Part shown: positions 1-11,569 of the stretch, one piece after another | How positions within the stretch are numbered: the first letter of the stretch is position 1 | How the letters are laid out: each line of letters opens with the position of its first letter | Origin: an uncultured Actinomycetes bacterium | Lineage (GTDB): Bacteria; Chloroflexota; Dormibacteria; Aeolococcales; Aeolococcaceae | Assembly (NCBI GenBank): GCA_964618935.1 | Contig: CAZUDL010000006.1 | Location: 71,874 to 135,873 of the forward strand | DNA length: 64,000 nucleotides | Direction: 5' to 3' | Program-made: the position numbers and the translations under genes | Notes under the pieces: generated by a model | What the model was told of the DNA's origin: nothing | The model's input: only the letters and a program-made list of their open reading frames with translations | The model's database searches: none

Positions 1-1290
1 GGGCCACGGGCAGGCCGAGCAGGTCGGCCTGGAACTGGCAGAGGCCGTCCATCTGGCTGGCGCCGCCGTCCACGCGCAGCTCCGTGAAGGCGACCCCCGA
101 CGCCGACTCCATGGCCTCAACGACGTCGCGCGTGCGCAGCGCCATGGACTCGACCACGGCGCGGACGACGTGGGCCCGCTCCACCCCGGCGGAGAGCCCG
201 AGCAGGGCGCCCCGCGCCTCCGCATCCCAATAGGGAGCCCCCAGCCCGGCCAGGGCCGGGACGAAGATGCAGCCGCGGCTGTCGGCGACGGACTCGAAGA
301 GCGGGCCCGCCTCGTCGTCGCCGGCGATCAGGTGGAGCCCGTCGCGCAGCCAGCGGAGCGCCGCCCCGGTCACGAAGATGCTGCCCTCCAGGGCGAAGGT
401 GTCCCGCCCCTGGAGCCGCCACGCCACAGTGGTCAGCACGCCGTGGGCGGGCTCCGACACGCTCTCGCCGACATTGACCAGGACGAAAGAGCCGGTGCCA
501 TACGTGTTCTTGCTGGTCCCCGGCGTGATGCACGCCTGCCCGAAGAGCGCCGCCTGCTGGTCACCGGCGATCCCGCTCACCGGCAGCCGGCGGCCATGGA
601 AGACGCCCGGATCGGTGAATCCCACCCGTCCCGCGCTCGGCACCACCGTGGGCAGCACCGCCATCGGGATGCCGAAGACGGCGCACAGCTCGGCGTCGAA
701 GTCGCCGCGCCGGAGGTCGTAGAGGAGGGTCCGGCTGGCGTTCGAGGCGTCGGTGGCCACGACCTGGCCCCCCGTCAGCCGGGCCACCAGCCAGGTGTCG
801 ACGGTGGAGGCGCAGATCTCCCCCGCTTCGGCCCGCCGCCGGAGGCCGGCGTCGCCGCGGAGAAGCCATTCGATCTTGGTGGCGGAGAAGTAGGGGTCGA
901 GGAGCAGGCCGGTGCGCCGGCGCAGCTCGGGTTCCTCCCCGGCACGCCGGTGCGCCTCGCACAGCTGGGCACCGCGGCGGTCCTGCCAGACCACGGCAGG
1001 ACCGACCGGCTCCAGGGTGCGGCGATCGAAGACCACCACGGTCTCGCGCTGGTTGGTGATGCCGATCGCGGCCGGCTCCCCCGCCCGCAGCGCCTCGGCC
1101 GACGCGGCGAGGACCGATGCGAGCAGATCCATGGGGTCCTGCTCGACCCAGCCGGGCCTGGGGTGACGCACGGCGACCTCGCGGTGGGCGCGCGCACGGA
1201 TCTCTCCACCGGTGGTCACCATCAGGCAGGTGGTCCCGGTCGTGCCCTGGTCGACGGCGAGGACGAGCGGTCCGCCCCGGGTCATGGTCG
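1..1290 (-). CDS. glpK: glycerol kinase GlpK, partial (C-terminus lies beyond window start)
   Basis: Manual reverse-complement translation from ATG at 1290 gives MTRGGPLVLAVDQGTTGTTCLMV...GWVEQDPMD...ITNQRETVVVFDRRTLEPVGPAVVWQDRR...YGTGSFVLVNVG...FEGSIFVTGAALRWLRD. These are the FGGY kinase/GlpK hallmarks. It is not in the ORF track because it runs off the window edge. The 170..1438(+) ORF is its antisense. Confidence 0.85.
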
Positions 1291-1415
1291 GGCGTTATAT
1301 CGCAGTCGGCGCGCGCGGGGCGGGGACGGCGCGTGCCGCAGCCCGCCGTCGACGTCACGCGGCCGGCCTCGCGGGCCCGGGCTCGGGCTCGCGGGGAGAC
1401 CCTCGCTCAGTCCCC

Positions 1416-2597
1416 TCAGACGACGGGAAGCAGCGTGAGCGTGGCCGAGTCGGATGCGGCACCGTCGCCCAGGCCGACAGGGAGCGGGCTGCCCTCCGCC
1501 AGCAGGCGGGCGTCCTCGGCGGCGATGGCGCCCAGCTCGGCGAGGAGGGCCTCGATCAGCTCCTTCTCGGGGAGCGACGCCACCACCCTGCCCCCCTTGT
1601 AGAGGAGGCCCTTCTGCCGGCCGCCGAAGATGCCGATGTCCGCGTGCATGCCCTCGCCCGGGCCGTTGACGACGCAGCCCATGACGGCCACGGTCAGCGG
1701 CCGGTGGATGGTGAGCAGGGCCTCCTCGACCCGCTTGACCATGGGCACCATGTCGATCTCCAGCCGCCCGCAGGTCGGGCAGGCGATGAGGTTCGGGCCG
1801 GTGGGCGTCGCCTCCAGGTTGGCGAGGATCTGGCGGGCGACCCGGACCTCGTCCTCGGGTTCGCCGACGAGCGAGACCCGGATGGTGTCTCCGATGCCCT
1901 CGGCGAGCAGGATGCCGATGCCCATGGCGCTCTTGATGCTGCCGGAATCCACCGGGCCCGCCTCGGTGAGCCCGAGGTGCATGGGATAGCCGTTGCCGAG
2001 CGCGGCGAACCGGCGGTTGGCGGCGAGGTTGGTGAGCACGTCGCTCGCCTTGAGCGACACCTTGATCTGCCGGAAGTCGAGCTCCTCGAGGATGCGGATG
2101 TGGCCGAGGGCCGCCTGGACCATCAGCTCCGCGGTCTCCTCGACGCTGCCGCCCCGACCCCGTTCCAGCCCCTTGCGGTTGGGGATACTGCCGGCATTGA
2201 CGCCGATGCGGATGGGCACCTCGCGGGCCTTCGCCTCCCGGGCGATGTCGGCCACCTTGGCAGAGTCGGTGATGTTCCCCGGGTTGAGTCGGAGGCAGGC
2301 GATGCCCGCCTCAAGGGCCTCCAGGGCCCGGGGCGCGTCGTAGTGGACGTCGGCGACGATGGGCAGCGGCGAGTTGCGAACGATCTCCCGCATCGCCTGG
2401 CCCGCCTCCGGCGTGTCGCAGGTGACCCGGACGATGTCGGCGCCCGCCCTGGCCGCCCGCTCGATCTGCGCCACGGTGGCGGCGACGTCCTCGGTCTGGG
2501 TCTTGGTCATGGTCTGGACGCTGATGGGCGCGGCCCCGCCGATGACCACGGAACCCACCCGGATGGGCACGGTGCGGCGCCGGTTGGGAGGCGTCAT
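1416..2597 (-). CDS. ispG: 4-hydroxy-3-methylbut-2-enyl diphosphate synthase IspG/GcpE
   Basis: ORF 1416..2711 contains MTPPNRRRTVPIRVGSVVIGGAAPISVQTMTKT...CPTCGR, typical IspG. Start chosen at internal ATG 2597 (393 aa). This overlaps the rseP 3' end by ~30 nt. Confidence 0.9.
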   Translation of the reverse strand: MTPPNRRRTVPIRVGSVVIGGAAPISVQTMTKTQTEDVAATVAQIERAARAGADIVRVTCDTPEAGQAMREIVRNSPLPIVADVHYDAPRALEALEAGIACLRLNPGNITDSAKVADIAREAKAREVPIRIGVNAGSIPNRKGLERGRGGSVEETAELMVQAALGHIRILEELDFRQIKVSLKASDVLTNLAANRRFAALGNGYPMHLGLTEAGPVDSGSIKSAMGIGILLAEGIGDTIRVSLVGEPEDEVRVARQILANLEATPTGPNLIACPTCGRLEIDMVPMVKRVEEALLTIHRPLTVAVMGCVVNGPGEGMHADIGIFGGRQKGLLYKGGRVVASLPEKELIEALLAELGAIAAEDARLLAEGSPLPVGLGDGAASDSATLTLLPVV

Positions 2598-2625
2598 CGG
2601 CCGTGTCCGCCGGTGGGGGATGTCA

Positions 2626-3990
2626 TCACGGGGCGCCTCCCACGATGTGATTGATGTCGCTGATGGTGATGAGCACCACTGCCAGGATAACGAAGGCGGC
2701 GCCGATGGCATACGCCAGCGCCTCGCGCTGGGGGTCGAGCCGCTTGCGGCGGACCGCCTCGATGACGATGAAGAGGACCCGGCCCCCGTCGAGGAACGGG
2801 ATGGGCAGCACGTTGATGAAGCCCAGGGCGATGCTGATGAGGCCGATCAGCCAGAGGAACTGCACCCACCCCTGCTGGATGGTGGCGCCCGCCACGGTGG
2901 CGATGCCCACCGGGCCGGAGAGCTGCTGGGCCGCCACCGACGGGTGGACGAACAGCTGGCCCAGGACGCCCAGAGTCCCGGTGACGTAGGTGGGGATCAC
3001 TCCGAACCCGTCACCCATCGCCTGGAGCAGCGGTGCCCCCGGCGTCTCGGCCACAAAGCCGATGCGCCAGGCCGCCGTGTATCCCACCTGGCTGCCGTCG
3101 CCGTCGGCGACGCCCGAGATGGCGACGGACGTGAACGTCGTCCCCGGGCTCCCCTCGACGAAGCCGCTGACGAGGACGGTGCCGTTCCCCTCCAGGGTCG
3201 CCCCGTGACGTCCGGTGCCCCAGGTGACCGCGTCCATCTCTCCGGCGTCGGTGACGGCGATCCCGCCCGTCCCCGCCAGGACCGCGGCGGGATCGCCGGT
3301 GCCCGGCGGCAGGCCGTCGACGGAGGTGATCACCAGCGCCTGGCCGGTGAGGTCGCTGGGCAGGATCCCCTCGGCGATGTTGGTGTAGACGACCAGCTCC
3401 GGGGTGATGGTGCCGGTGTGGGTGCCGCCGTCGGGGCTGCGGAAGACGACGGCCATGGGACGGCCCTGGCTGGCCTTGGTGGCCGCATGGAGGCCGTCGG
3501 AGATGGTCGTGATCGTCGAGTTGTCGATGCGGGTGCCCCCCAGGCTGAGGATGACGTCGCCACTGGTCAGGCCCGCCCGGGCCGTCGGCTGGCCCGAGGG
3601 GACCTGGGAGGGGGTGGTCTGGGCGTAGACGACGCCGAGGCACAGCGCCCCGAAGACGAAGTTGATGGCGACGCCGGCCACGATGGTGACCAGCCGCCGC
3701 GGGATCGTCGCCCGGTAGAAGTTGCGCTCGCCGGCGTCCGCCTCCCCCTCCAGCCCGAGCATGCCGGCCATGCGAACGTAGCCGCCGACGGGAAGCGCCC
3801 GCACCGAGTACTCGGTGTCGCCGCGCCGCGCGTGGAGGAGCCGGGGGCCGAAGCCGATGGAGAACTCGTCGACGCGGATGCGGAAGAGCTTGGCGAACAG
3901 GTAGTGGCCGCCCTCGTGGACGACGACGACGATGGTGAAGACCACGGCGAAGGCGATGACGTCGATGGCGGCGCCGGTGAGCCCGGACAT
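2626..3990 (-). CDS. rseP: RIP site-2 zinc metalloprotease RseP
   Basis: HEGGHYLFAKLF HExxH motif, multi-TM region, PDZ-like region. ATG (MSGLTGAAIDVIAF) overlaps the dxr stop as TGATG. The long N-terminal part of ORF 2626..4680 is a GC artefact overlapping dxr. Confidence 0.85.
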   Translation of the reverse strand: MSGLTGAAIDVIAFAVVFTIVVVVHEGGHYLFAKLFRIRVDEFSIGFGPRLLHARRGDTEYSVRALPVGGYVRMAGMLGLEGEADAGERNFYRATIPRRLVTIVAGVAINFVFGALCLGVVYAQTTPSQVPSGQPTARAGLTSGDVILSLGGTRIDNSTITTISDGLHAATKASQGRPMAVVFRSPDGGTHTGTITPELVVYTNIAEGILPSDLTGQALVITSVDGLPPGTGDPAAVLAGTGGIAVTDAGEMDAVTWGTGRHGATLEGNGTVLVSGFVEGSPGTTFTSVAISGVADGDGSQVGYTAAWRIGFVAETPGAPLLQAMGDGFGVIPTYVTGTLGVLGQLFVHPSVAAQQLSGPVGIATVAGATIQQGWVQFLWLIGLISIALGFINVLPIPFLDGGRVLFIVIEAVRRKRLDPQREALAYAIGAAFVILAVVLITISDINHIVGGAP

Positions 3991-5123
3991 CAGGCGACCA
4001 GCGCCCCCGCCACCCGGCGGCGGGCCCAGGCGTCGGCCTCGACCACGTCGTCGAGGGAGGGCCGATCGATCCTGGGAGCCGCCTCGACCGCCTCCCCGAC
4101 GGTGGCGACGATCTCGTCGAAACGGCAGCCGCCGTGGAGGAAGGCGTCGACGCAGACCTCGTTGGCGGCGTTGAGCACGGCGGGGACGACACCGCCCAGC
4201 TCCCCGGCCCGCCGGGCGAGCGGCAGCGCCGGGAACCGCGCCGGGTCGGCCGGCTCGAGGTGCAGCGGCGAGACGGCGGTCAGATCCGGTGCCGGGGCGA
4301 TCCCCGGCAGCCTCTCGCCGCCGGTGAGCGCCAGGGCGATGGGGAGGCGCATGTCGGGCACGCCCAGCTGCGCCTTGACGGCGCCGTCTCGGAACTCGAC
4401 CATCGAGTGGATGATCGAGGTGGGGTGGATGAGCACCTCGATGCGCGCGTAGTCGACGTCGAAGAGGAAGTGGGCCTCGATGATCTCCAGCCCCTTGTTC
4501 ATCATCGTCGCCGAGTCGATGGTGACCTTGGGGCCCATGGTCCAGGTGGGATGACGGAGCGCCTCCTCCGGCGTGATCTCCCGGAAGGTGGCGGGGTCGC
4601 GGCTCCGGAACGGCCCGCCGCTGGCGGTGAGGATGAGGCGCGCCACCGACGACGGCTCCTCGCCGCGCAGGCACTGCCACAGCGCCGAGTGCTCGCTGTC
4701 GATGGGGACGACGCGGGCGCCCGAGGCGCGGGAGCGGGCGCGGACGATGTCGCCGGCCATCACCAGCACCTCCTTGGTGGCGCTGGCGACGGTGTTGCCC
4801 GCGTCCAGCGCCGCCAGGGTCGGGCGCAGCGCCGCAGCGCCGGTGATGGCGACGCAGACCGTGTCGCTGGGCATGGCCGCGATCTCGCAGGCGGCATCGA
4901 GGCCGACCCCCCAGCCCGCCGGCACCGCGGCGCCGGCGTCGGGGTTGACGACGGCGGCCCGGGCCACGCCGAACCGGTCGGCGAGCGCGCGCAGCCCCGC
5001 GACGTCGCGCCCCGCCACCACCCCCACCAGTTCGAAGCGCTCGGGGAAGCGGGCGATGACGTCGACGGCCTGCCGGCCGATCGATCCGGTGGCGCCGAGG
5101 AGGACGACGCGGCGTGGTGTCAT
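3990..5123 (-). CDS. dxr: 1-deoxy-D-xylulose 5-phosphate reductoisomerase
   Basis: MTPRRVVLLGATGSIGRQAVDV...VPIDSEHSA...LTASGGPFR...HPTWTMGPKVTIDSATMMNKGLE. Full-length Dxr signature. Confidence 0.9.
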   Translation of the reverse strand: MTPRRVVLLGATGSIGRQAVDVIARFPERFELVGVVAGRDVAGLRALADRFGVARAAVVNPDAGAAVPAGWGVGLDAACEIAAMPSDTVCVAITGAAALRPTLAALDAGNTVASATKEVLVMAGDIVRARSRASGARVVPIDSEHSALWQCLRGEEPSSVARLILTASGGPFRSRDPATFREITPEEALRHPTWTMGPKVTIDSATMMNKGLEIIEAHFLFDVDYARIEVLIHPTSIIHSMVEFRDGAVKAQLGVPDMRLPIALALTGGERLPGIAPAPDLTAVSPLHLEPADPARFPALPLARRAGELGGVVPAVLNAANEVCVDAFLHGGCRFDEIVATVGEAVEAAPRIDRPSLDDVVEADAWARRRVAGALVA

Positions 5124-5178
5124 GGCTGGGGGATGGGACTCCGCGTGAGGGGCTTGGCGCCGGGGCGCGGGGATGGGC

Positions 5179-6093
5179 TCACCGGAAGCTGATGAGCACC
5201 AGAAGGCAATATACGGCCGGGCCGACCATGAGGAGGCTGTCGAGGCGGTCGAGCAGTCCCCCGTGGCCGGGGATGAGGTGGCCGGAGTCCTTCACCCCCG
5301 TCTGCCGTTTGAGGGCCGACTCGGCGAGGTCGCCCCCCTCGGCGGCGATGGCGATGAGCACGCCCATGGCCACGGCGGCCAGCGGCTGGAGGGAAACGAG
5401 CAGGGGGCCGGCGATGCCGGCGACGAGGATGGCGCCGGCGGCGCCGCCGATCGCCCCCTCCACCGACTTGCGGGGGGAGATGGAGGGGAAGAAGGGGTGG
5501 CGGCCGAGGGCGTGGCCGGTGAAGTAGGCGAGCGTGTCGGTGGCGACCACCGCCCCGATGACGGTGCCGAGCAGGCGGAGGCCGAAGTCGGCGTTGGAGC
5601 CGTGCCAGTGGTACAGCGCGAGAAGGCTGCCCAATCCGATGCCGACGTAGAGGCTGCCGCCCAGCCCGGCGGCCCAGCCGGCCCAGGGGATGCGGCGCAG
5701 CACGGCCACGACCATGCCGGCGAGCAGCGCCGCCGGCAGGATGATGTCGAGCCGGCCCCCGGGCCCGGGGAGCACGGCGCGTTCGGCGAGCCAGACCGAC
5801 AGGGCCATGACCAGCCAGCGCGGTGGCGCCGCCGGGAGCCGCACCAGGAGCCCGGTGAGCTCCCAAGCGCCCAGGGCGGCGGCGACCCCGATGAGCACGT
5901 CGAGGGGGATGCCGCCCAGGTAGAGCATGCTGCCCACCAGGGCCAGCAGCACGACGCTGGAGATGACCCGGGGGGTGAGGTTCATCCGTCTGGCGGTGCG
6001 CGGGGGGCGCGCCTGCTCCACGGCGGCCGGCCCGGTCTCATCCGGCGGGGACGGTGCCCCCTGCTCCCCCGCGCCGCCGGCGGCCGCTGTCAT
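5179..6093 (-). CDS. cdsA: phosphatidate cytidylyltransferase CdsA
   Basis: C-terminal ...SPRKSVEGAIGGAAGAILVAG...KDSGHLIPGHGGLLDRLDSLL CTP-transferase motif, 8 TM. Start set at MTAAAGG ATG, which overlaps the uppS stop as ATGA. The upstream part of ORF 5179..6780 overlaps uppS and is rejected. Confidence 0.8.
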   Translation of the reverse strand: MTAAAGGAGEQGAPSPPDETGPAAVEQARPPRTARRMNLTPRVISSVVLLALVGSMLYLGGIPLDVLIGVAAALGAWELTGLLVRLPAAPPRWLVMALSVWLAERAVLPGPGGRLDIILPAALLAGMVVAVLRRIPWAGWAAGLGGSLYVGIGLGSLLALYHWHGSNADFGLRLLGTVIGAVVATDTLAYFTGHALGRHPFFPSISPRKSVEGAIGGAAGAILVAGIAGPLLVSLQPLAAVAMGVLIAIAAEGGDLAESALKRQTGVKDSGHLIPGHGGLLDRLDSLLMVGPAVYCLLVLISFR

Positions 6094-6872
6094 CCCGCCT
6101 GCGGCGCGGAGGCCCCACCGGCGCCGTCGCCCTGGGCACGTGCCACCTGCCCGAAGGTCCGCCGCCGCGACGCGAAGTCGCGCAGCGCGAGGCCGACGTC
6201 GGCGGGGCCGAAGTCGGGCCAGAGCGTCTCGGTCACGTGCAGCTCGGCGTAGGCGCCCTGCCAGAGCAGGAAGTTGCTGACCCGCAGCTCGCCGGCGGTG
6301 CGGATGATCAAGTCGGGGTCGGGAAGTCCCGCCGTGTAGAGGGCCCCCGACAGGGTCGCCTCGTCCACGTTGCGGAGGTCGGCGCCACCGGCGGCCAGCT
6401 CGCGGATCGACTCGACGAGCTCGCTGCGCCCGCCGTAGTTGATGGCGACGTTGAGGATGGCGGTGGTGTTGGCGGCCGTCTTCGCCTCCGCCCTGCCGAC
6501 CTTGGCGCGCAGCCGGGGGCTGAGCTTGCTGCGGTCGCCGATGACACGGACCTGCACGCCCTTGGCGTCCAGCTCGTCCACCTCCGACGCCAGGGTCTCC
6601 TCGAACAGCCGCATCAGCGAGATGACCTCGCCTCTCGGTCGCTGCCAGTTCTCCGTGCTGAAGGCGTAGAGGGTGAGGATGTGCACCCCGGCGTCGTTGC
6701 AGGCCTCCATGACCTGGCGGATGGCGCGGACGCCCTCGCGGTGCCCCGCCGCCCTGGGCAGATGGCGCCGTCGAGCCCACCTGCCGTTGCCGTCCATGAT
6801 GATGCCGATATGGCGCGGCAGATCAGGGCTGGCCGGCTCGGGGATGGCGGCGGGAGGGGGTGGTCGGTGCAT
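6090..6872 (-). CDS. uppS: undecaprenyl diphosphate synthase (isoprenyl transferase)
   Basis: HIGIIMDGNGRWARRR...LTLYAFSTENWQRP...IRTAGELRVSNFLLWQ. Classic cis-prenyltransferase motifs. Confidence 0.9.
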   Translation of the reverse strand: MHRPPPPAAIPEPASPDLPRHIGIIMDGNGRWARRRHLPRAAGHREGVRAIRQVMEACNDAGVHILTLYAFSTENWQRPRGEVISLMRLFEETLASEVDELDAKGVQVRVIGDRSKLSPRLRAKVGRAEAKTAANTTAILNVAINYGGRSELVESIRELAAGGADLRNVDEATLSGALYTAGLPDPDLIIRTAGELRVSNFLLWQGAYAELHVTETLWPDFGPADVGLALRDFASRRRTFGQVARAQGDGAGGASAPQAG

Positions 6873-6928
6873 GGGTCTGAACGGGGGAACGGCCTCGGTG
6901 CGCCGGCCGTTTCGGCGATGGCCAGAGG

Positions 6929-7522
6929 CTAGACCTCGAGGATCTCAGCCTCCTTCTTCCTCGCCACCTCGTCGATCGTGGCGACGAACTGATCCGTGAT
7001 GCGCTGCACCTCGTCGACGGAGCGGTCCACCTCGTCGCGGCTGACGTGTCCGTCCTTCTCCAACCGGTGCAGGTGGTCGTCCTCGTCACGCCGGATGTTG
7101 CGCACGGCGACCCGGGCGTCCTCCGCCTTGCGCTTGCAGAGGCGGACCAGCTCGTGCCGGCGATCCTCGGTGAGCTGCGGGATGGCGATGCGGATCGTCT
7201 GCCCGTCGTTGCCCGGGGTGAGGCCGAGATCCGAGCGCAGGATGGCCTTCTCGATGGCGACGATGGCGCTGCGGTCGTACGGCTGGATGACCAGGAGGCG
7301 CGCCTCCGGGGTGGAGATGCCGGCCAGCGAGATGAGCGGCGTCATGGCGCCGTAGTAGTCCACCTGCAACCTCTCCACCAGCGAGGGGCTGGCCCGGCCG
7401 GTGCGGATCGTGCTCAGCTCCTTGTGCAGCGTCTCCACGCTCTTCTCCATCCGCGTCTCCGCCTCGCGGAGGCGTTCGGCCATGTGCTGGAGCGCTTCGT
7501 CGGCCTTGGCTCGATCGGTCAT
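6929..7522 (-). CDS. frr: ribosome recycling factor
   Basis: [18 protein letters not shown]...[23 protein letters not shown]. 197 aa. ATG overlaps pyrH stop (ATGA). N-terminal part of ORF 6929..7957 is rejected. Confidence 0.9.
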   Translation of the reverse strand: MTDRAKADEALQHMAERLREAETRMEKSVETLHKELSTIRTGRASPSLVERLQVDYYGAMTPLISLAGISTPEARLLVIQPYDRSAIVAIEKAILRSDLGLTPGNDGQTIRIAIPQLTEDRRHELVRLCKRKAEDARVAVRNIRRDEDDHLHRLEKDGHVSRDEVDRSVDEVQRITDQFVATIDEVARKKEAEILEV

Positions 7523-8301
7523 TCCGTCACCCCTCGCGAATCGACCCGCGTGCCGATGTCCGCCCCGAGGATGACCCGTTCCAGGTTGCCCTCGGCCAGG
7601 AGGTTGAAGACGATGATCGGCATGTGGTTGTCCATGCAGAGCGTCAGAGCCGTGTTGTCCATGATGGTCAGCCCGCGGTTGAGGACCTCCAGGTAGGAGA
7701 GGTGCCCGAAACGGGTCGCCTCGGGGTGCGAGACGGGGTCCGCCGTGTAGATGCCGTCCACCTTGGTGGCCTTGAGGAGGACGTCGGCCCCGATCTCGGC
7801 GGCACGCAGGGCGGCCGTGGTGTCGGTGGTGAAGTAGGGGCTGCCATGGCCGCCGGCGAGGATGACGACGCGGCCCTTCTCCAGGTGGCGCACGGCGCGC
7901 AGCGGGATGAACGGCTCGGCGACCTGCTGCATGGCGATGGCGCTCTGCACGCGGCACTGCATGCCCCGGTGCTCGATGGCATCGCGCAGGCTGAGCGCGT
8001 TGATGACCGTCGCCAGCATGCCCATGTAGTCCCCGGTGACCCGGTCGATGCCCTGACGGCTGATCTCCAGGCCCCTGACGATGTTGCCGCCGCCGACGAT
8101 GATCGCCAGCTGCACGCCGTGGGCCACGACCTGCTCGATCTGCTGGGCGATGAGGCGGACGGTGGCCATGTCGATGCCGAAGGCGCTGTCACCCAGCAGC
8201 GCCTCGCCGGAGAGCTTCAGCACCACCCGGCTGAAGACGGGGCGCCTGCCGCCCGCCTCCGCACTGCGGGTGGCATCCGGGTCGGCCGTCTCCAGCACCA
8301 T
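7519..8301 (-). CDS. pyrH: UMP kinase
   Basis: VLKLSGEAL...[11 protein letters not shown]...[13 protein letters not shown]...VDGIYTADP. Amino-acid kinase/UMPK signature. ATG overlaps tsf stop (TGATG). Confidence 0.9.
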   Translation of the reverse strand: MVLETADPDATRSAEAGGRRPVFSRVVLKLSGEALLGDSAFGIDMATVRLIAQQIEQVVAHGVQLAIIVGGGNIVRGLEISRQGIDRVTGDYMGMLATVINALSLRDAIEHRGMQCRVQSAIAMQQVAEPFIPLRAVRHLEKGRVVILAGGHGSPYFTTDTTAALRAAEIGADVLLKATKVDGIYTADPVSHPEATRFGHLSYLEVLNRGLTIMDNTALTLCMDNHMPIIVFNLLAEGNLERVILGADIGTRVDSRGVTE

Positions 8302-8935
8302 CAGTCCTCGTCTCCAGCTTCCGCGGCGGACCTCTCACCCACCTGGAACCGCACGAAACGGCCCACCGAGATGTTCTCGCCGGTCTTGGCCACGACCTCC
8401 TGGATCAGCTCCTTGACCTTCTTCTTGTGCTTCTCGTCGCGGATCCACGGCTGCTCCAGCAGGCAGACATCGCTGTAGAAGGCGGCCAGCTTCCCGGCCA
8501 GCATCTTCTCCACCACGGCCTCGGGCTTGCCCTCGGACTGGGCACGGAAGATGTTCATCTCGCGCATCAGGCGTGCCGGGGGGACGTCCTCGGGCCGGAC
8601 GTACTCCGGGTTGGCGCCGGCGACCTGCAGGGCCAGCTCGCGGGCCAGCTGCTTGAATTCGTCGGTCTTGGCCATGAAGTCCGTCTCGCAGTTGAGCTCG
8701 ACCAGGACGCCGAGCTTGGGCAGCCCGCCACCGACGGCGTGCACGTAGGCCTCGATGACACCCTCGTCGGTGCTGCGGCCGGCCTTGCCCTGGGCCCTGG
8801 CGATGCCCTTCTCACGGAGCCGGTCGCGGGCCTTCTCGATGTCGCCGCCGGTCTCGGCCAGCGCCTTCTTGCAGTCCATCATGCCGGCCCCGGTGAGGTC
8901 CCGGAGCTCCTTGACCATCGCGGCGGTGATCTCGC

Positions 8936-8939
<4 letters not shown>
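8301..8939 (-). CDS. tsf: translation elongation factor Ts
   Basis: [48 protein letters not shown]-like N-terminus plus EF-Ts core. 212 aa. ATGA overlap with rpsB stop. Confidence 0.9.
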
Positions 8940-9856
<917 letters not shown>

Positions 9857-10027
9857 GGCCAGCTCCTCCTGTGTGGGTTTGGTCGCCTCCGCCCGGGGTG
9901 AACCGCGGCGGCGACCCCGAGGGGCACCCGCGCGCCGCGTGGACCGGGCGTGTGAAGTCAGGGCGAAGTGTGACACCCCGGCCGCACATCGCGCCGAGGA
10001 TCGCCAGCTCTCACCGCCCCGGCCCGG

Positions 10028-11365
10028 TCACTCCGGGGGTGGCTCGGGCGCGCCGCGGGCTCCCGCGCCCCGACCCCGACCGGCGCCGCGGCTCGGTGCG
10101 GCGGGCACCGGACGCCAGCCGGCGCCGTCCCACCAGTGGCCGCCGTCCTCCGAGCGGGGAGCGCCCGGCGGGACCTCTCCCGCCGCGTCCCTCCACCCCG
10201 AGCCGTCGAACCAGCGCTTGCCGTCAGGCGAGAGGGTGCCGACCGGCAGTGTCGAGACGGGGAGCCCCGGGGTCGCTCGCGGCAGGCCGGCGCCCTCCCC
10301 CTCGAAGAACATGACGCAGCCGCCGACGCCGAGCAGCCCGGCGAGGCCGACGCCCACCCAGAAGCCCCATCCGGGGCTCGTGCCGAGGACGCCCCCGTTC
10401 GAGGTCACCCAGTTGAGGACGAAGAGGCCGACCTCCACGGCGGCGAAGAGGACCCAGATCAGCGCCTCGGGCACGGGAAGGCGCAGGCGCACCTGGGGCA
10501 GCCGGCGGATCACGAAGAAGAGCAGGCCCCCCACCAGCAGCAGGGCCGGGAGCAGTCCCAGACCGGACCAGAGAGAGCCGAAGAAGTAGGTCGACGCCGG
10601 ACAGCTCGGAATGTAGGGAAGCAGCCCTCCGCGAATGATGGGGGGGCTGACCACGCACCCCACGCTCGCCTGGAACCAGGTGCCGACGAAGGAGAAGGCG
10701 AAGAGCGCGACGAGCGCCACGCCGGCGATCACCGCCCCGGCACGGGGACCGGCGGGGACCGGCCGCAGGGCGACGCCGGCCCCGAGATGCTCCGCCGGAG
10801 CTCCTGGTACGGCCGGCTGCCGGCCGCTGTCTCCTTGGATCAGCTCGAGGGCCCCGCCCGCGACGAGCAGACCACCCAGGCCGACGGCGACCCAGAACGC
10901 CCACCCCGGGGTCGCCATGGTCGAGGACAGGTACGGGGAGACGCCGGCGGGGCTGGGGATGACCCAGTACAGGAAGAGGAGGCCCGTCTCGACGACGCCG
11001 AAGACCATCCAGACCACGCCCTCGGGGATGGGCAGCGTCAACCGGACGCGGGACAGCCGCCGCACCACGAAGAACAGCATCGCCCCCACCAGCAGCAGCG
11101 CCGGCAAAAGGCCGAAGCCGGACCACAGGGTGCCGCCGGGCACCCATTCCGCGCAGATTCCGGTCCCGCCAGCGTAGATGGGCCCCGGGACCACCGGCTC
11201 CGGGCAGAACAGCTCCGTCTGGAACCAGGCGCCGACGAAGGAGAAGGAGAAGAGCAGCACCAGGGCCAGGCCGACGACCACGTCGCCGAACGAGGCGGAG
11301 ACGGCGTTGCGGACGGCGCTGTTGAGGTCCAGGGGCTCGCGCCCGGGCGGTGGTGTCGCGTCCAC
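10028..11365 (-). CDS. uncharacterised polytopic membrane protein containing two tandem copies of a ~150-aa 4-TM module plus W-rich C-terminal short repeats
   Basis: Internal duplication: FGDVVVGLALVLLFSFSFVGAWF...LWSGFGLLPALLLVGAMLFFVVRRLSRVRLTLPIPE versus AGVALVALFAFSFVGTWF...LWSGLGLLPALLLVGGLLFFVIRRLPQVRLRLPVPE. C-terminus has GKRWFDGSGWRD / GGHWWDGAGWRPVP repeats. No family recognised. Confidence 0.6.
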   Translation of the reverse strand: MDATPPPGREPLDLNSAVRNAVSASFGDVVVGLALVLLFSFSFVGAWFQTELFCPEPVVPGPIYAGGTGICAEWVPGGTLWSGFGLLPALLLVGAMLFFVVRRLSRVRLTLPIPEGVVWMVFGVVETGLLFLYWVIPSPAGVSPYLSSTMATPGWAFWVAVGLGGLLVAGGALELIQGDSGRQPAVPGAPAEHLGAGVALRPVPAGPRAGAVIAGVALVALFAFSFVGTWFQASVGCVVSPPIIRGGLLPYIPSCPASTYFFGSLWSGLGLLPALLLVGGLLFFVIRRLPQVRLRLPVPEALIWVLFAAVEVGLFVLNWVTSNGGVLGTSPGWGFWVGVGLAGLLGVGGCVMFFEGEGAGLPRATPGLPVSTLPVGTLSPDGKRWFDGSGWRDAAGEVPPGAPRSEDGGHWWDGAGWRPVPAAPSRGAGRGRGAGARGAPEPPPE

Positions 11366-11569
11366 TCTCGGTCCCTCGTGGGTGGGGCCGGCAGGCCCCT
11401 CACCCCCCGAACCTATAGCAGGCGAACCTGTCGTTTGGGTATCTCAGGCGTCACGAACTGCCGCCGAGGGCCTCGATGGCCCCCGAGATGTCGGATCCCG
11501 CCACCAATGCTCACGGCCCGCGAGGGCTCGCCAGGGTTGGGCGGTCCCGTGCGCGCCCCGTCAACCTCC

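Noticed and set aside
170-1438. 422-aa plus-strand ORF across the first 1.4 kb
   Set aside because: It is antisense to the clearly recognisable glpK reading frame, which I translated manually on the minus strand. Composition is Arg/Gly/Pro-rich GC artefact.
2359-4452. 697-aa plus-strand ORF
   Set aside because: Antisense to rseP and dxr. No motifs. High-GC genomes keep all six frames open.
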